In this document: one piece after another, positions 31,872 to 44,194 of the stretch
Position numbering within the stretch: the first letter of the stretch is position 1
Layout: every line of letters starts with the position of its first letter
NCBI GenBank assembly: GCA_963828525.1
Contig: CAWHEP010000002.1
Span: forward strand, 64,001 to 128,000
DNA length: 64,000 nucleotides
Origin: an uncultured Verrucomicrobiae bacterium
Lineage (GTDB): Bacteria; Verrucomicrobiota; Verrucomicrobiia; Chthoniobacterales; Chthoniobacteraceae
Direction: 5' to 3'
The notes under the pieces: model-generated
Told to the model about the DNA's origin: nothing
Database searches by the model: none
What the model saw: the letters and a program-made list of their open reading frames with translations, nothing else
Translations under genes and position numbers: made by a program

Positions 31872-33860
31872 ATGGAAGCCGCGCACCGCATCTCCCGTTT
31901 CAGATCCCCTTGCGGCAGGCTTGGGATCGCCGCCGCGGCGGCGGTTGCTCTGGGAATGGGATTGTTTCTCACTGCTACCCCAGCGTGGGCAGCACCGATG
32001 CGCAGCTCGGACGCTAAGAACATCGTCCAGGCTTGGCGCAAAGGGGAGACGCGCCCGATGGAAACGGACCTCGGGATGAAGGTCATGGGCGTGAAGACCG
32101 TGTCAGACTCAGGGGGGCGGCCCGTTTATCATGTCGTCGCGCTTACCGACGACGGCAGACTGGCGAAGGGCTTTGTGATAGTCGCTGGTGAAGATGAGGC
32201 GGAGCCGATTGTCGCTTTCTCATCCGGCGCGCAGTTCGACCCAAACGGGCCTCTGGCAATTTTGCTAGACCGGCACATGCCAAAGCTTGTAGGGCGTCTG
32301 CGGGAAGCTCGCCCTCGCGAAGCGCTTTTCCGGGCTGGGGCCGCCGCCGCGAAATCAAAATGGGCTTCTCTGAGCCGCCGACAGGGAACCGCAGGGGCTC
32401 CACCAGCCAGCTCTTCCGCGCCGCTTACCCCTTCCGACATCCGGGTGGCGCCTCTGCTGCAGTCGGTCTGGAATCAGCTCACGTCCAACAATTTTGTGAA
32501 TGGTCCCGCCTGCTACAACTACTACACGCCTCCGTATGCCGCGGGGACGGACACGAACTACTACTGCGGATGCGTCGCGACCTGCACGGCGCAATTGATG
32601 CGATACTGGCAGTATCCCACAACGGCGGTGGGAACAGGTAGTTTTTCCATCTCCGTCAACAATGTCGCCAAAAAAGCGACGCTGTTGGGCGGCGATGGCA
32701 AAGGCGGCCCCTATGTCTGGTCGAACATGCCACTGACGCCTGCCAGCGGGGTGACGCTGACGCAGCAGAGGCAGATCGGCGTTCTCATACACGACGTGGC
32801 GCTCGTCGCGCAGACGGATTTCACCCCAACGGGCTCATCCGGTTATCTGAGCGACGCGGTAGCCGCCCTGGTGACCACTTTCCACTACGGCAACGCGGTG
32901 GATGTCTATACGGACTCCTCAGATCCCCAGACGATGTCCACTCCGCTACTCATCAGCATGCTGACTCCGAACCTGGACGCTGGATACCCGGCTTTGATTG
33001 CCGTGATCGGCGATTCCGGCTCCGGCCACGCTCTGGTGTGTGATGGCTATGGCTACAATAACGGGACTCTTTATCACCATCTGAACCTCGGATGGGGCGG
33101 AGATGGAAACGCGTGGTATGCCCTGCCAACCATCACGACCGACGTCGACAATTTCCATGTGGTCGACGAATGTTCGTTCAACATCTTCCCGACCGGAGGG
33201 GGAGAGATCGTGAGCGGACGAGTGACCGACGCCGCGGGCGATCCGCTGCCCGGCGCGCAAATCTCCGCGGCGCGAACGGGTGGCGGCACTTACACCGCGT
33301 CGACGAATGCCAGCGGCATCTATGCTTTAACCCATGTGCCGGCTTCCTCCACCTACGCGATCAGCGTCAGCGCGACGGGATACACGTTTGCCAACCGGAC
33401 TGTAACCACGGGCACTTCCAGTTCCGGCGTGCTCAATCTCCCCGGCTACATAAACGGAACCGTCGGAAGCCAGTCAAACATTGACTTCACCGGAGCCTCT
33501 TTTCCGCCGCCCTTCTTCGCCGGCGCAGCCTCTCTCGGCAGCGGAGTTTACTACCTCGCTTTCCCGAACGGGAATATCTTCGGTTATTATTCCTATCCTT
33601 CCTTCCCGTATTTGTACCACTTCGACATGGGCTATCTCTATTTCATAGACGCGAATGATGGCAAGGGAGGCGCCTTCTTCTATGACTTCACGAGCGGCCA
33701 CTTTCTTTACACCGGGCCGAGCTACCCCTTCCCGTATATGTATGATTTCACCCTCCAGACGGTGCTCTATTACTATCCGGACACGAAGAATCCCGGGCAT
33801 TACACAAGCAACCCCCGGTATTTCTACAATTACGCGACCCAGCAGGTCATCACCCAGTGA
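31872..33860 (+). CDS. Secreted C10 (SpeB/streptopain-like) cysteine peptidase with prodomain, carboxypeptidase-regulatory-like domain and aromatic C-terminal domain
   Basis: Signal peptide ..TPAWA|AP; GFVIVAGED (I69-like prodomain); GCVATCTAQLMRYW, GHALVCDGY, HLNLGWGG; VSGRVTDAAGDPLPGA. Confidence 0.92.
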   Translation: MEAAHRISRFRSPCGRLGIAAAAAVALGMGLFLTATPAWAAPMRSSDAKNIVQAWRKGETRPMETDLGMKVMGVKTVSDSGGRPVYHVVALTDDGRLAKGFVIVAGEDEAEPIVAFSSGAQFDPNGPLAILLDRHMPKLVGRLREARPREALFRAGAAAAKSKWASLSRRQGTAGAPPASSSAPLTPSDIRVAPLLQSVWNQLTSNNFVNGPACYNYYTPPYAAGTDTNYYCGCVATCTAQLMRYWQYPTTAVGTGSFSISVNNVAKKATLLGGDGKGGPYVWSNMPLTPASGVTLTQQRQIGVLIHDVALVAQTDFTPTGSSGYLSDAVAALVTTFHYGNAVDVYTDSSDPQTMSTPLLISMLTPNLDAGYPALIAVIGDSGSGHALVCDGYGYNNGTLYHHLNLGWGGDGNAWYALPTITTDVDNFHVVDECSFNIFPTGGGEIVSGRVTDAAGDPLPGAQISAARTGGGTYTASTNASGIYALTHVPASSTYAISVSATGYTFANRTVTTGTSSSGVLNLPGYINGTVGSQSNIDFTGASFPPPFFAGAASLGSGVYYLAFPNGNIFGYYSYPSFPYLYHFDMGYLYFIDANDGKGGAFFYDFTSGHFLYTGPSYPFPYMYDFTLQTVLYYYPDTKNPGHYTSNPRYFYNYATQQVITQ

Positions 33861-34112
33861 GGCGCTGGGGCGGACACCAAATGGAGCCAGCGTAGAGTTC
33901 GCGGTCTGACCGGCGGCCCATGCCTGGCAAGTAGTTGTCACCAGGCGCTGTAGAAACGCCCGCTTCGGGACAGGAAAGACGCGTGTTGCCACAGCTTGTT
34001 TTACCGCGTTCGTTACGGTTCGCGGGAGGCTGAGTTTAAACGACTGCTTGCGGATACCCTCGTCCAAGGGTAGCGTATTTCCCGGTTCCAAAGGGTATCA
34101 GGCGCCGCGATT

Positions 34113-36254
<2,142 letters not shown>

Positions 36255-36258
36255 ATCC

Positions 36259-36807
36259 ATGAGATTTGTCCTTTTTTGCGCCCTCCTCTTTGCGGCATCG
36301 GCTTCCCTGTTTGCGCAAGCTCCGTTACGCAGCGGAGACACAATCGAGATTCGACTGAGCGGTGTGCCAGCGGAGGAGATGCAGCAGTTTAGCGCGCCGA
36401 TTAGTCTTGATGATCAAGGCATGTTAAACCTGCCGTATATCGGCCAGGTGAAAGCGGCGGGGATGCTCCCGAATGAGGTGCAAAATAGTATCGAGCGAAA
36501 GTTGGTTTCTGAGAAGATTTATACCCGCCCGACCATCACAATCATTGTTCAAGCGGCATCGCGGTTCGTGAGTGTGAGCGGTTCAGTGCGGAATCCGGGT
36601 CGCATCCCTTTTCAGGCTGACCTGACGTTGATGTCCGCGATCAGCGCGGCCGGGGGTTTAAATGACTTTGCCGATCTCAAGCGGGTACGGCTGGTGCATG
36701 ATAAAAAAGTTGAAGTGATCGACGCGCGGCGCATCAGGAAGGACCCGGCGCTGGACATCAAGATTTTTCCGGGTGACCAGGTGGATGTCCCCCAGTCCGC
36801 TTTCTAG
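36259..36807 (+). CDS. Polysaccharide export protein (Wza/SLBB family)
   Basis: GDTIEI, LPYIGQVKAAG, VSGSVRNPG, AISAAGG. Confidence 0.9.
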   Translation: MRFVLFCALLFAASASLFAQAPLRSGDTIEIRLSGVPAEEMQQFSAPISLDDQGMLNLPYIGQVKAAGMLPNEVQNSIERKLVSEKIYTRPTITIIVQAASRFVSVSGSVRNPGRIPFQADLTLMSAISAAGGLNDFADLKRVRLVHDKKVEVIDARRIRKDPALDIKIFPGDQVDVPQSAF

Positions 36808-36821
36808 AAGCCGTGAGCTAG

Positions 36822-37082
36822 GAGACTGTTGAAGGAACTGGGGATGTCGCGTTGCTGCCGATTTTTGAGTTGGGCAAGGCGCGAGAAGCGAGCATATCCG
36901 CAGTGATCTGTGAGTGACGAGCAACGCTGCACAACGCAAAAAGCGGCACAACCCGAAGGGCGAGAGCAATTTGGGCGTCTTGCAGCGTTGCTCGCTTCTT
37001 GCAGACCGCAGCGGGTGACGCGCGCCACTCGCGGCTTGCCATCGCCCAAAATTGCTCTTGCGCGGCATGTCGCAACAGTCTC
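36822..37082. mobile_element. 261-bp MITE with IS1182-like ends and a CTAG target duplication
   Basis: CTAG|GAGACTGTTG...CAACAGTCTC|CTAG. Internal IR GAGCAATTTGGGCG / CGCCCAAAATTGCTC. No transposase. Confidence 0.85.
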
Positions 37083-37910
37083 CTAGACGGGAAGGAAGCT
37101 TATGGGGTTGCCCGTCGCGAAGCCCAGGTCTTCGTCTGGCTCCTCCGGCAAGGCGCGAGCAGCCTCGATTTCTTCTGGTTTCGAGAACAGGTTCACGCGC
37201 AATTCTATATTACCGTCGAAGTCCTCTAGAAGCGCCGAACAGCTTTCCACCCAATCGCCCGAGTTGTAGTAATCCACGCCCTCGATCTTCTGAATCGCCG
37301 GCGAGTGGATATGGCCGCAGACGACTCCCTGAACGGAGTAATCCTTGGAATAGCGAACGATCGCCCGTTCGAACTCGCTGATGAAGGAGACGGCGTTCTT
37401 GACGTTCTTCTTCACGTAAGCGCTCAAGGACCAATACTCCAAATTCAGACTCTTCCGGAGATAATTGAGGGGCCGGTTCAGACGCAGCAAGAGTTCGTAT
37501 CCCACGTCCCCGACATACGCGAGCCACTTGATGTTCTGCACCACGGCGTCCAGTTCGTGGCCGTGAATCACGAGCAGGCGGCGCCCGGTCGCGGTGGTAT
37601 GGATCGCGTGCTTCTGGACGGTGATCGCGCCATACGGCCCGAAGAAGCTCGCGATGAACTCATCGTGATTGCCGGGGATGTAGATGATCTTCGTTCCCTT
37701 CCTGCCTTTTCGGAGGATTTTCTGAATGACGTCGCTATGCGATTGGGGCCAGTAAATGCCGCGGCGCAGGCGCCAAATATCTATGAGATCGCCCACGAGG
37801 TAGAGCGTATCGACCTCGTAAATGCGCAGAAAAGTGAGAACGGCGTCCGCATTACAGCCCTTGGTGCCGAGATGCAGGTCAGAAATCCACGCTGTGCGAT
37901 ATCTATCCAT
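37083..37910 (-). CDS. UDP-2,3-diacylglucosamine diphosphatase-like metallophosphoesterase (LpxH-like)
   Basis: ISDLHLG, LVGDLID, PGNHD, IHGH, CGHIH, NSGDW. Confidence 0.9.
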   Translation of the reverse strand: MDRYRTAWISDLHLGTKGCNADAVLTFLRIYEVDTLYLVGDLIDIWRLRRGIYWPQSHSDVIQKILRKGRKGTKIIYIPGNHDEFIASFFGPYGAITVQKHAIHTTATGRRLLVIHGHELDAVVQNIKWLAYVGDVGYELLLRLNRPLNYLRKSLNLEYWSLSAYVKKNVKNAVSFISEFERAIVRYSKDYSVQGVVCGHIHSPAIQKIEGVDYYNSGDWVESCSALLEDFDGNIELRVNLFSKPEEIEAARALPEEPDEDLGFATGNPISFLPV

Positions 37911-37999
37911 TGTGGCCGAGAAACATTGAATCTCAACCTGTAGGGATGCGTCAAAGGAAAACAACCATAGCCTGCGCCTTGTTACGCGATTGTAACGCA

Positions 38000-38964
38000 T
38001 CAGTCATGAAGATGATGAGTGGCATGGGAAAAGCTAAGAGCATGAGCGTGAATCCAACAGCAAGCAGGGTAAAAAAGAGGGCTCAGCCAGCGCTGAGAAG
38101 TGCTGCAACAACCAGGAAGGGTCGGTGGAGGAAGATTCTGCGAGAGGCGTATCGACGCCATTGCCGTGATGAGGCGACAAAGACGGCGGTAAAGCGGTTT
38201 CTTAGCTAAACAGGAGCGGACGCCGCGCATTCCACTCAAGGCATCGCGCTTTGAGCCGTGTATTCGTGGCTCCTCGACAACCCGCTGACTTCGAGGGTTA
38301 TCTGAATGGGTTACCCATGCGGTAGCATGGTGTATTAAGTCGGAATTCGATTGGAGGCCGAATTTTTCCTTGATGTGCAATCGGTGAGTTTCAATGGTCT
38401 TCCCGCTGACGCGGAGCGATTCCGCGATTTCGCGGGTCGATTTTCCACGACCGACGAGTTCGAAGACTTCCAGTTCTCGGTCTGTCAATACAGCCAGAGG
38501 CGATGCGGACGCCCGCTTTCCCGTAGCAGAGGCGCCCAGTGCCTCATGAAACATGGCGCCCAGGACGTTTTTGCTGACATGATACTCGCCGTTTAATGCG
38601 TGGCGCAGGGCGAGGATTACTTCCTCTGCGGATTCCTTCTTCATCACATACGCTCGCGCGCCGGCCCGTAACGCCCGCTCAGCGTAGATGCTTTCGTCGT
38701 GCATGGAGAGAACTACCACAACGATGTCTGAAGTTGCGCCTTTAGATTCTTGATAAACTCGATGCCATTCATTCCCGGGAGGGAAATATCCGAGATGACC
38801 ACATGAGGTTTCAATTCGAGAATCCGCTGAAGCCCATCGATGCCGTTCTCAGCTTCGCCGCAAACCTTCAGGTCAGATTCCCGTTCGAGGAATAATCGGA
38901 ACGCTTGCCGAACCATTCGGTGATCCTCAACGATGAATACCCGTTTAGCTGGAGAAGAGATCAA
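38000..38964 (-). CDS. NarL/LuxR-family response regulator, frameshift near 38720
   Basis: IVEDHRMVR..DISLPGMNG / LSMHDESIYAERALRAGA..LTDRELEVF..KTIETHR. True C-terminus uncertain. Confidence 0.85.
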
Positions 38965-39034
38965 GTTGTGAATAACTATTTCAGATTATAAATCGATCCA
39001 GATGTCCGGCGCAGCCGCTCTGGGAGGGTGCCGG

Positions 39035-39265
39035 TCATTCCCGGGAAGTCGGTTCCGAGGAACGCAACTGTCGGACGATCGACTGCATCTCACCCACCGC
39101 CGCAGCAATCATCCCGACTAGGATCTTTTCGTCTGACTCACCTGATTCGCATTCGGCGGCCTTGCGGGCGATCAATGCCGCCAGAATCTGCGCGGCACTA
39201 AGAGTCTGGCAGAGACCGTCGTGAAGCTGCTGAGCCAATCGAAGCCTTTCGGCGTGAAGATTCAT
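39035..39265 (-). CDS. Stand-alone HisKA_3-type phosphoacceptor domain
   Basis: ERLRLAQQLHDGLCQTL H-box. No ATPase domain follows. Start uncertain. Confidence 0.6.
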   Translation of the reverse strand: MNLHAERLRLAQQLHDGLCQTLSAAQILAALIARKAAECESGESDEKILVGMIAAAVGEMQSIVRQLRSSEPTSRE

Positions 39266-39408
39266 CTCAATGGGAAGAACCGCGCCGGATTCAGCCTCCT
39301 TCGGACATTCGGTATGTGCGGAAACAGGCATTCCTGTTAGAATATCAGTATGAACAGACACTGGGAAGCGAGTTACCGAAAAAAGCAAAAAGGTTCCGAT
39401 GTCAGAAT

Positions 39409-39798
39409 TCAGAGAGGTGCATTTTCTTCCGCATCCGCAAGCGCCCTATTTAGCTTCCCGATGTCCACCGGCTTTAGCAAATGATGCCGGTATCCGGCCT
39501 CCCGGCTCTTTTCCTCATCACTGCTCATTCCGTAGCCGCTCATGGCAATTGCATACACCGCGCTCGGAAACTCCGCCCGCCGCAGCAACTCCCAGCCGTC
39601 ACCGTCGGGCAGGCCGATATCAGAGATCAGCACGTTGCAATCGCTTTGCGGTGCAATCTTCAAGGCTTTCGCCATCGTATCCATACTTCTCACCGCGTGT
39701 CCTTCGGCTTCCAGGTAAAGCGTCAGATATTTGCGCGTGTCCGCGTGGTTCTCAACAACAAGAATTCGCAACGGACGCTTCGCGGAAGAGGTTTGCAC
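39409..39798 (-). CDS. Single-domain response regulator receiver
   Basis: ILVVENH, ISDIGLPDGDG, AMSGYG, LLKPV. Confidence 0.9.
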   Translation of the reverse strand: MQTSSAKRPLRILVVENHADTRKYLTLYLEAEGHAVRSMDTMAKALKIAPQSDCNVLISDIGLPDGDGWELLRRAEFPSAVYAIAMSGYGMSSDEEKSREAGYRHHLLKPVDIGKLNRALADAEENAPL

Positions 39799-39803
39799 AA
39801 AAA

Positions 39804-42800
39804 TTATATCGCAGGGCGCCCTTGGGGCGGACCGGTCTGTCCGCCACCTTCAGGCGAAGCCTGACCCGAGACTTCCGGTAACGGCTCAAGTGGCAACTCA
39901 ACCATGAAGGTCGAACCCTGTCCCTGTCCCGCGCTTTCAGCGCTTATTCTTCCGCCATGCGCCTCCACCACCGCCTTTGAGATCGCAAGCCCCAAGCCCA
40001 GCCCGCCATAAGCTCGCGTAATTTCAGCGCCCCCCTGCGCAAAAGATTCGAAGATCATCGGCAGAATCGCGGCTTCGATGCCGATGCCGTCATCCGCGAT
40101 TGAGATAATTGCGCGATCTCCATCGTCACGGGTCGTTAAGCTGATGGTGCCACGGTTTGGCGTGAATTTGGCCGCGTTCTTTAGCAGGTTCCAGATGACC
40201 TGCTGAAGACGCCTGAAATCGCCGGTGATCATATAGTGAGCCGCATTTAAGGAAACGGTCAGCCGCAGTTCCTTCGCCTGCACATCCCCATCGGTTACAC
40301 TCACCGCCTGACGCACCACCTCGTGCAGATCCACCGGCTCGCGAATAATCTCAAGCTTCCCGCGACCGATCCGCGTCACGTCCAGGAGGTCATCAATCAA
40401 TTGCACCTCGATCTCTATATTTTTTTGAATCATACCCAATGCTTCCCGTGCGGCCCCCGGCAAATCAGACCGGCGCTCAAGAACGTGTGTCGCCATCAGG
40501 ACGGGAGTCAGCGGCGTCCGCAACTCATGCGAGAGCACCGCCAAAAAATGATCCTTCGCCCGATTCGCGGATTCCACCGCCGCGCGCGCCTTTTCATTTT
40601 CCTGGAGCGCCTCCCACAATTCACTCCGGCTCTCCTCCAGCGCTTCCTGCGCTCGCCGGGATTCCGTTTGATCACGCAGTATCTTCACATAGCCCACGAT
40701 TTCTCCCGCAGCATCCCGCATCGCCATCATCGCACCGATTGCATAGAAGCGCGTGCCATCGGCCCGCTCGTGCCAGCGCTCATCGTTCGCGCGCCCGGTC
40801 TTTCGTGCGGTGTCCAATTCGCGCTCCGGGGCGCCCGTCGCGCGATCCTCCGCGGTAAAAATGATATCCGCGGGTTTGCCCAGAACCTCGCCTTCCGTAA
40901 ATCCCAGCAATCGCGCGGCGCCCGGATTCCAACTTGTGACCTTCCGGTCAAGATCAGTCGTAAAGATCGCGTAATCATGCGCATTCTCGATCATCAGTCG
41001 CAACCGTTCTTCGCTCGACTTCAGGGCCTCTTCCGCCTCCTTCCGCTGGTGGATGTCGTAGGAAACCATCAACACAGAGGTGATCTCGCCGGTTGATTCC
41101 CGCACCGGCGCGCCCCGCGTTAAAAACCATCGATCCAGGTGCTTGTGCTCGTGGGTAAACGGTTGCCCCGCCAAACAATTACGCAACAGCTTTTCAAACG
41201 TCTGAATCAACTCGGGCTCCAGCGCCTCAAAAATGGTTCGGCCAACCAAATCCCCGGATTTCAATCCCAACAGCCGGAGGGCCTCGCCGTCCGCAAGCAC
41301 GTAACGTAAATCCTGGTCCAGAATGAACGCAGCACCGCCCGGCAGATTCGCGATCAACGCCCGCCCGCGCTGCTCAGATTCGCGCTGCCCGGCCTCCGCC
41401 TCGCGGCGGCGCGTGATGTCCACAAAGGTCAGGACAACGCCCGCGATGTTATCCTCCTCGGTCCGGTAGGGGAGCATGCGGGTGAGAAACCAGCGGCCAT
41501 CGGCGTGCTGCACCTCGCGCTCGGTCACGGTCAATTGCTCGATGACCCGCTCCGCGTCCGCGCTTATTTCCGCATAAGCCAAGCGATGCGTTAGGTCGGA
41601 GAGCGGACGCCCGATGTCGCTCGCGATGAAATTAAAGAGCGTAAGCGCCGGTGGGGTGAAACGCTGGATGCACAATTGCCGGTCCAGGAAAATCGTCGCA
41701 ATATTCGTAGAGGCCATCAAGTTCTGCAAATCGCTATTGGAGCGGCTTAGCTCATCCACGTTGCTCTTCAACTCCTGGTTCACAGTGGTCAGTTCTTCGT
41801 TGATGGATTGCAACTCCTCGCGGCCCGTCTCCAGCTCTTCACTGGCGGAGCGCAACTCCTCGTTCATCGCCTGCAGCTCTTCGTTACTCGCCTTCATCTC
41901 TTCGGTCTGAGCCTCATTCTGCTCCACGTTTTCACGCAGTTGCCTTTTGGTGTGCTCGAGTTCCGCCTCCAGATGTTGCAGCACCTCCGCCGGCCCCGTA
42001 ATTGCCAGGCTCTCACCGGGAGGCAGTTCACCTGCATCCGGTTCTCCTCGTTCCCGGAACACGACCAGAAAACATCCCGGCGCCAGATCCTGCGCGGGTC
42101 GGACTCCCACATCCACCGAGCGCCGCACCCCGTCGAATTCCACGGCAACACCGCGAATATCCACCGGCGCTCCGGTTTGCTGTGCTTGGAATAATGCTGC
42201 CCGCAATTCCACCCGCAACATCGGATGAACCACACGCAGCAAATTGGAGGTGGGCTCACCGGCAATTTGTAAAAAGCGGCTCACACTCTGCGAGTAGTGG
42301 ATGATTTGCTGCTCGGCATCGACGAGAAGCGAGGGCGGGCCCAGCCGCTCTATCAGCCGAAAATGCACCTCGCTCCACGGCATCTTCAGCGCCTCGGAAT
42401 ATTGCTCCTTAATTACGCTTCGCGCGCCGCCTTCCACATCCACAGAGCTTTCATGAGCCGGCGCGTGTGTCTGCAACGCATATTCAAACGTGCCCGGCGA
42501 CATCGGGGAACCTACGGGAACCGGAATCGTTACACGATGACCGGACCGGCGTGTGTAAATGCGATGCTTTTTGCTATCGGGAGAGAACAGCGCGCTCGCT
42601 TCGTCGGCCGATTCCGACGAGCTCAAAAACAATTTTGCCTCGGGTCGCAGCGCAAAATGAAAAATCTCGAAAGCCCGGGTTTGGGCGTCCCGATTCAAAT
42701 AAATCAGAAGGTTCCGGCACGAGACCAGGTCGAGGCGGGAAAATGGAGCGTCCTTCAGCAAATCGTGCAATGCGAAGAGCACAAGGTCGCGCACCTCGCG

Positions 42801-44087
42801 CCGTACACGATGGCCGCGATGATCCTTCGAGAAAAATCGGCGCAATCGCTCCTCGCTCACATCCGCAGCGATGGTCTCTGGATAAACAGCCTCTCGCGCT
42901 GCCGCAATGGACCCCGCATCGATATCCGTGGCAAAGATTTGAATCTTCGGCGGCGCTTCCAGCGTCCCTGCGTATTCCAGCATCAGCATCGCGATGGAGT
43001 AGGCTTCCTCCCCTGTCGCGCACGCCGGCACCCAGACGCGTACTCGGTCCGCGGGCCCTTTATCCTTAAAGAACGCAGGGATCTGTTCTTCCAGGGCCCG
43101 GAAGCAATCCTTATCCCGGAAAAAATTTGTTACCGAAATAACCAGGTCCTGCAGCAGCGCCCCAGCCTCGCCCGGGTGCGTCCGCAGATAATTCAGATAG
43201 AGCGGCAGCGTCTCGGTATCATTCACCTGCATCCGCCGTCTGATCCTCCGCAGAATCGTCGCCCGCTTGTAATAGGAGAAATCGTGGCCAGAGCGAATTC
43301 GCAGAAACGTCAACGCCTCGCGCAACGCGGTTTCGTCATCCACTTGCGCATTCGGCTGGGCGGGCGGCGTCGCAGGCGGCTCTTCCGGCGGCAGCTTGAC
43401 GCGATTCTCATTCGCCCGAAAAGTCGCCAGCCGCGCCGGCATGTCCTCCACCTTCAGCACCCAGTCTACCATACGCGTGGCTATCGCAGCCCTGGGCATC
43501 CCGTCCTGTTCCGCTTCGGTTGGATCCTGCGCCACCGTCAGGCCACCCCGTTCCTTAATCCGCTTCAGCCCAATGGACCCATCGGAATCCGCGCCCGAAA
43601 GCACCACCGCCGTGGCGTGAGGACCATGGGTATCCGCCAGCGTCCTAAAGAAAATGTCCACCGTCACACGCCTCCCGCGCGCTTGCGTCAGATCCGACAG
43701 GATTAACTCCCCGTCGTTCATGGAGAGGTGCTTCCCGGGAGGTATCACGTACACGTGATCCAATTCCACATGCACGCGAGTTGTTACCTGAATTACAGGC
43801 ATCCTCGTCGAGCGCTGGAGAATTTCCGCAGCCGAACTCTCGTGCTCCGGCGCAAGATGCAGGATGACCACATACGCCGCGCCTGTTTTTTCGCCCGCGC
43901 TTTTGAAGAAGCGCTGCAGCGCAGCCAACCCTCCGGCTGAACCTCCCAGTCCTACAACAGGCAGGGTATGGAAGCCGCGCGTAGGGATAGTATCGTCGAT
44001 TTCGGCGGAGACCTCCTCTTCCTGATCAACCGCCCTCTCTGCCGTTTGCAGGTCAAACTCTGGAGCAGGATCGGGCGGCGCGGCCAT
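39804..44087 (-). CDS. CheB methylesterase-CheR methyltransferase-PAS-histidine kinase fusion
   Basis: GGSAGG, ILHL, SGADSDG; WVPACATGEEAYS, SCRNLLIY; NEELQ coiled coil; PAS domains; LSHELRTPL, NAAKFT, GLGLGL. Confidence 0.95.
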   Translation of the reverse strand: MAAPPDPAPEFDLQTAERAVDQEEEVSAEIDDTIPTRGFHTLPVVGLGGSAGGLAALQRFFKSAGEKTGAAYVVILHLAPEHESSAAEILQRSTRMPVIQVTTRVHVELDHVYVIPPGKHLSMNDGELILSDLTQARGRRVTVDIFFRTLADTHGPHATAVVLSGADSDGSIGLKRIKERGGLTVAQDPTEAEQDGMPRAAIATRMVDWVLKVEDMPARLATFRANENRVKLPPEEPPATPPAQPNAQVDDETALREALTFLRIRSGHDFSYYKRATILRRIRRRMQVNDTETLPLYLNYLRTHPGEAGALLQDLVISVTNFFRDKDCFRALEEQIPAFFKDKGPADRVRVWVPACATGEEAYSIAMLMLEYAGTLEAPPKIQIFATDIDAGSIAAAREAVYPETIAADVSEERLRRFFSKDHRGHRVRREVRDLVLFALHDLLKDAPFSRLDLVSCRNLLIYLNRDAQTRAFEIFHFALRPEAKLFLSSSESADEASALFSPDSKKHRIYTRRSGHRVTIPVPVGSPMSPGTFEYALQTHAPAHESSVDVEGGARSVIKEQYSEALKMPWSEVHFRLIERLGPPSLLVDAEQQIIHYSQSVSRFLQIAGEPTSNLLRVVHPMLRVELRAALFQAQQTGAPVDIRGVAVEFDGVRRSVDVGVRPAQDLAPGCFLVVFRERGEPDAGELPPGESLAITGPAEVLQHLEAELEHTKRQLRENVEQNEAQTEEMKASNEELQAMNEELRSASEELETGREELQSINEELTTVNQELKSNVDELSRSNSDLQNLMASTNIATIFLDRQLCIQRFTPPALTLFNFIASDIGRPLSDLTHRLAYAEISADAERVIEQLTVTEREVQHADGRWFLTRMLPYRTEEDNIAGVVLTFVDITRRREAEAGQRESEQRGRALIANLPGGAAFILDQDLRYVLADGEALRLLGLKSGDLVGRTIFEALEPELIQTFEKLLRNCLAGQPFTHEHKHLDRWFLTRGAPVRESTGEITSVLMVSYDIHQRKEAEEALKSSEERLRLMIENAHDYAIFTTDLDRKVTSWNPGAARLLGFTEGEVLGKPADIIFTAEDRATGAPERELDTARKTGRANDERWHERADGTRFYAIGAMMAMRDAAGEIVGYVKILRDQTESRRAQEALEESRSELWEALQENEKARAAVESANRAKDHFLAVLSHELRTPLTPVLMATHVLERRSDLPGAAREALGMIQKNIEIEVQLIDDLLDVTRIGRGKLEIIREPVDLHEVVRQAVSVTDGDVQAKELRLTVSLNAAHYMITGDFRRLQQVIWNLLKNAAKFTPNRGTISLTTRDDGDRAIISIADDGIGIEAAILPMIFESFAQGGAEITRAYGGLGLGLAISKAVVEAHGGRISAESAGQGQGSTFMVELPLEPLPEVSGQASPEGGGQTGPPQGRPAI

Positions 44088-44194
44088 GATCTATGAATAC
44101 GCTTCCATTGAGTCTCCGGCGAGCGATAGTTGCTACGGGTTGATCGCGGCATCGCTCAACACTCGCCGCGCAATCTATTCCGGAGCAACGCCGG

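Noticed and set aside
34062..34076. CCAAGGGTAGCGT upstream of wzc, resembling a JUMPstart/ops element
   Set aside because: It lacks the GGCGGTAG core and the match is too short.
42297..43706. Long antisense ORFs (469 aa here; also 29774-30988, 46560-47750, 18325-19302)
   Set aside because: They lie opposite well-supported genes, as expected from GC-rich codon bias.
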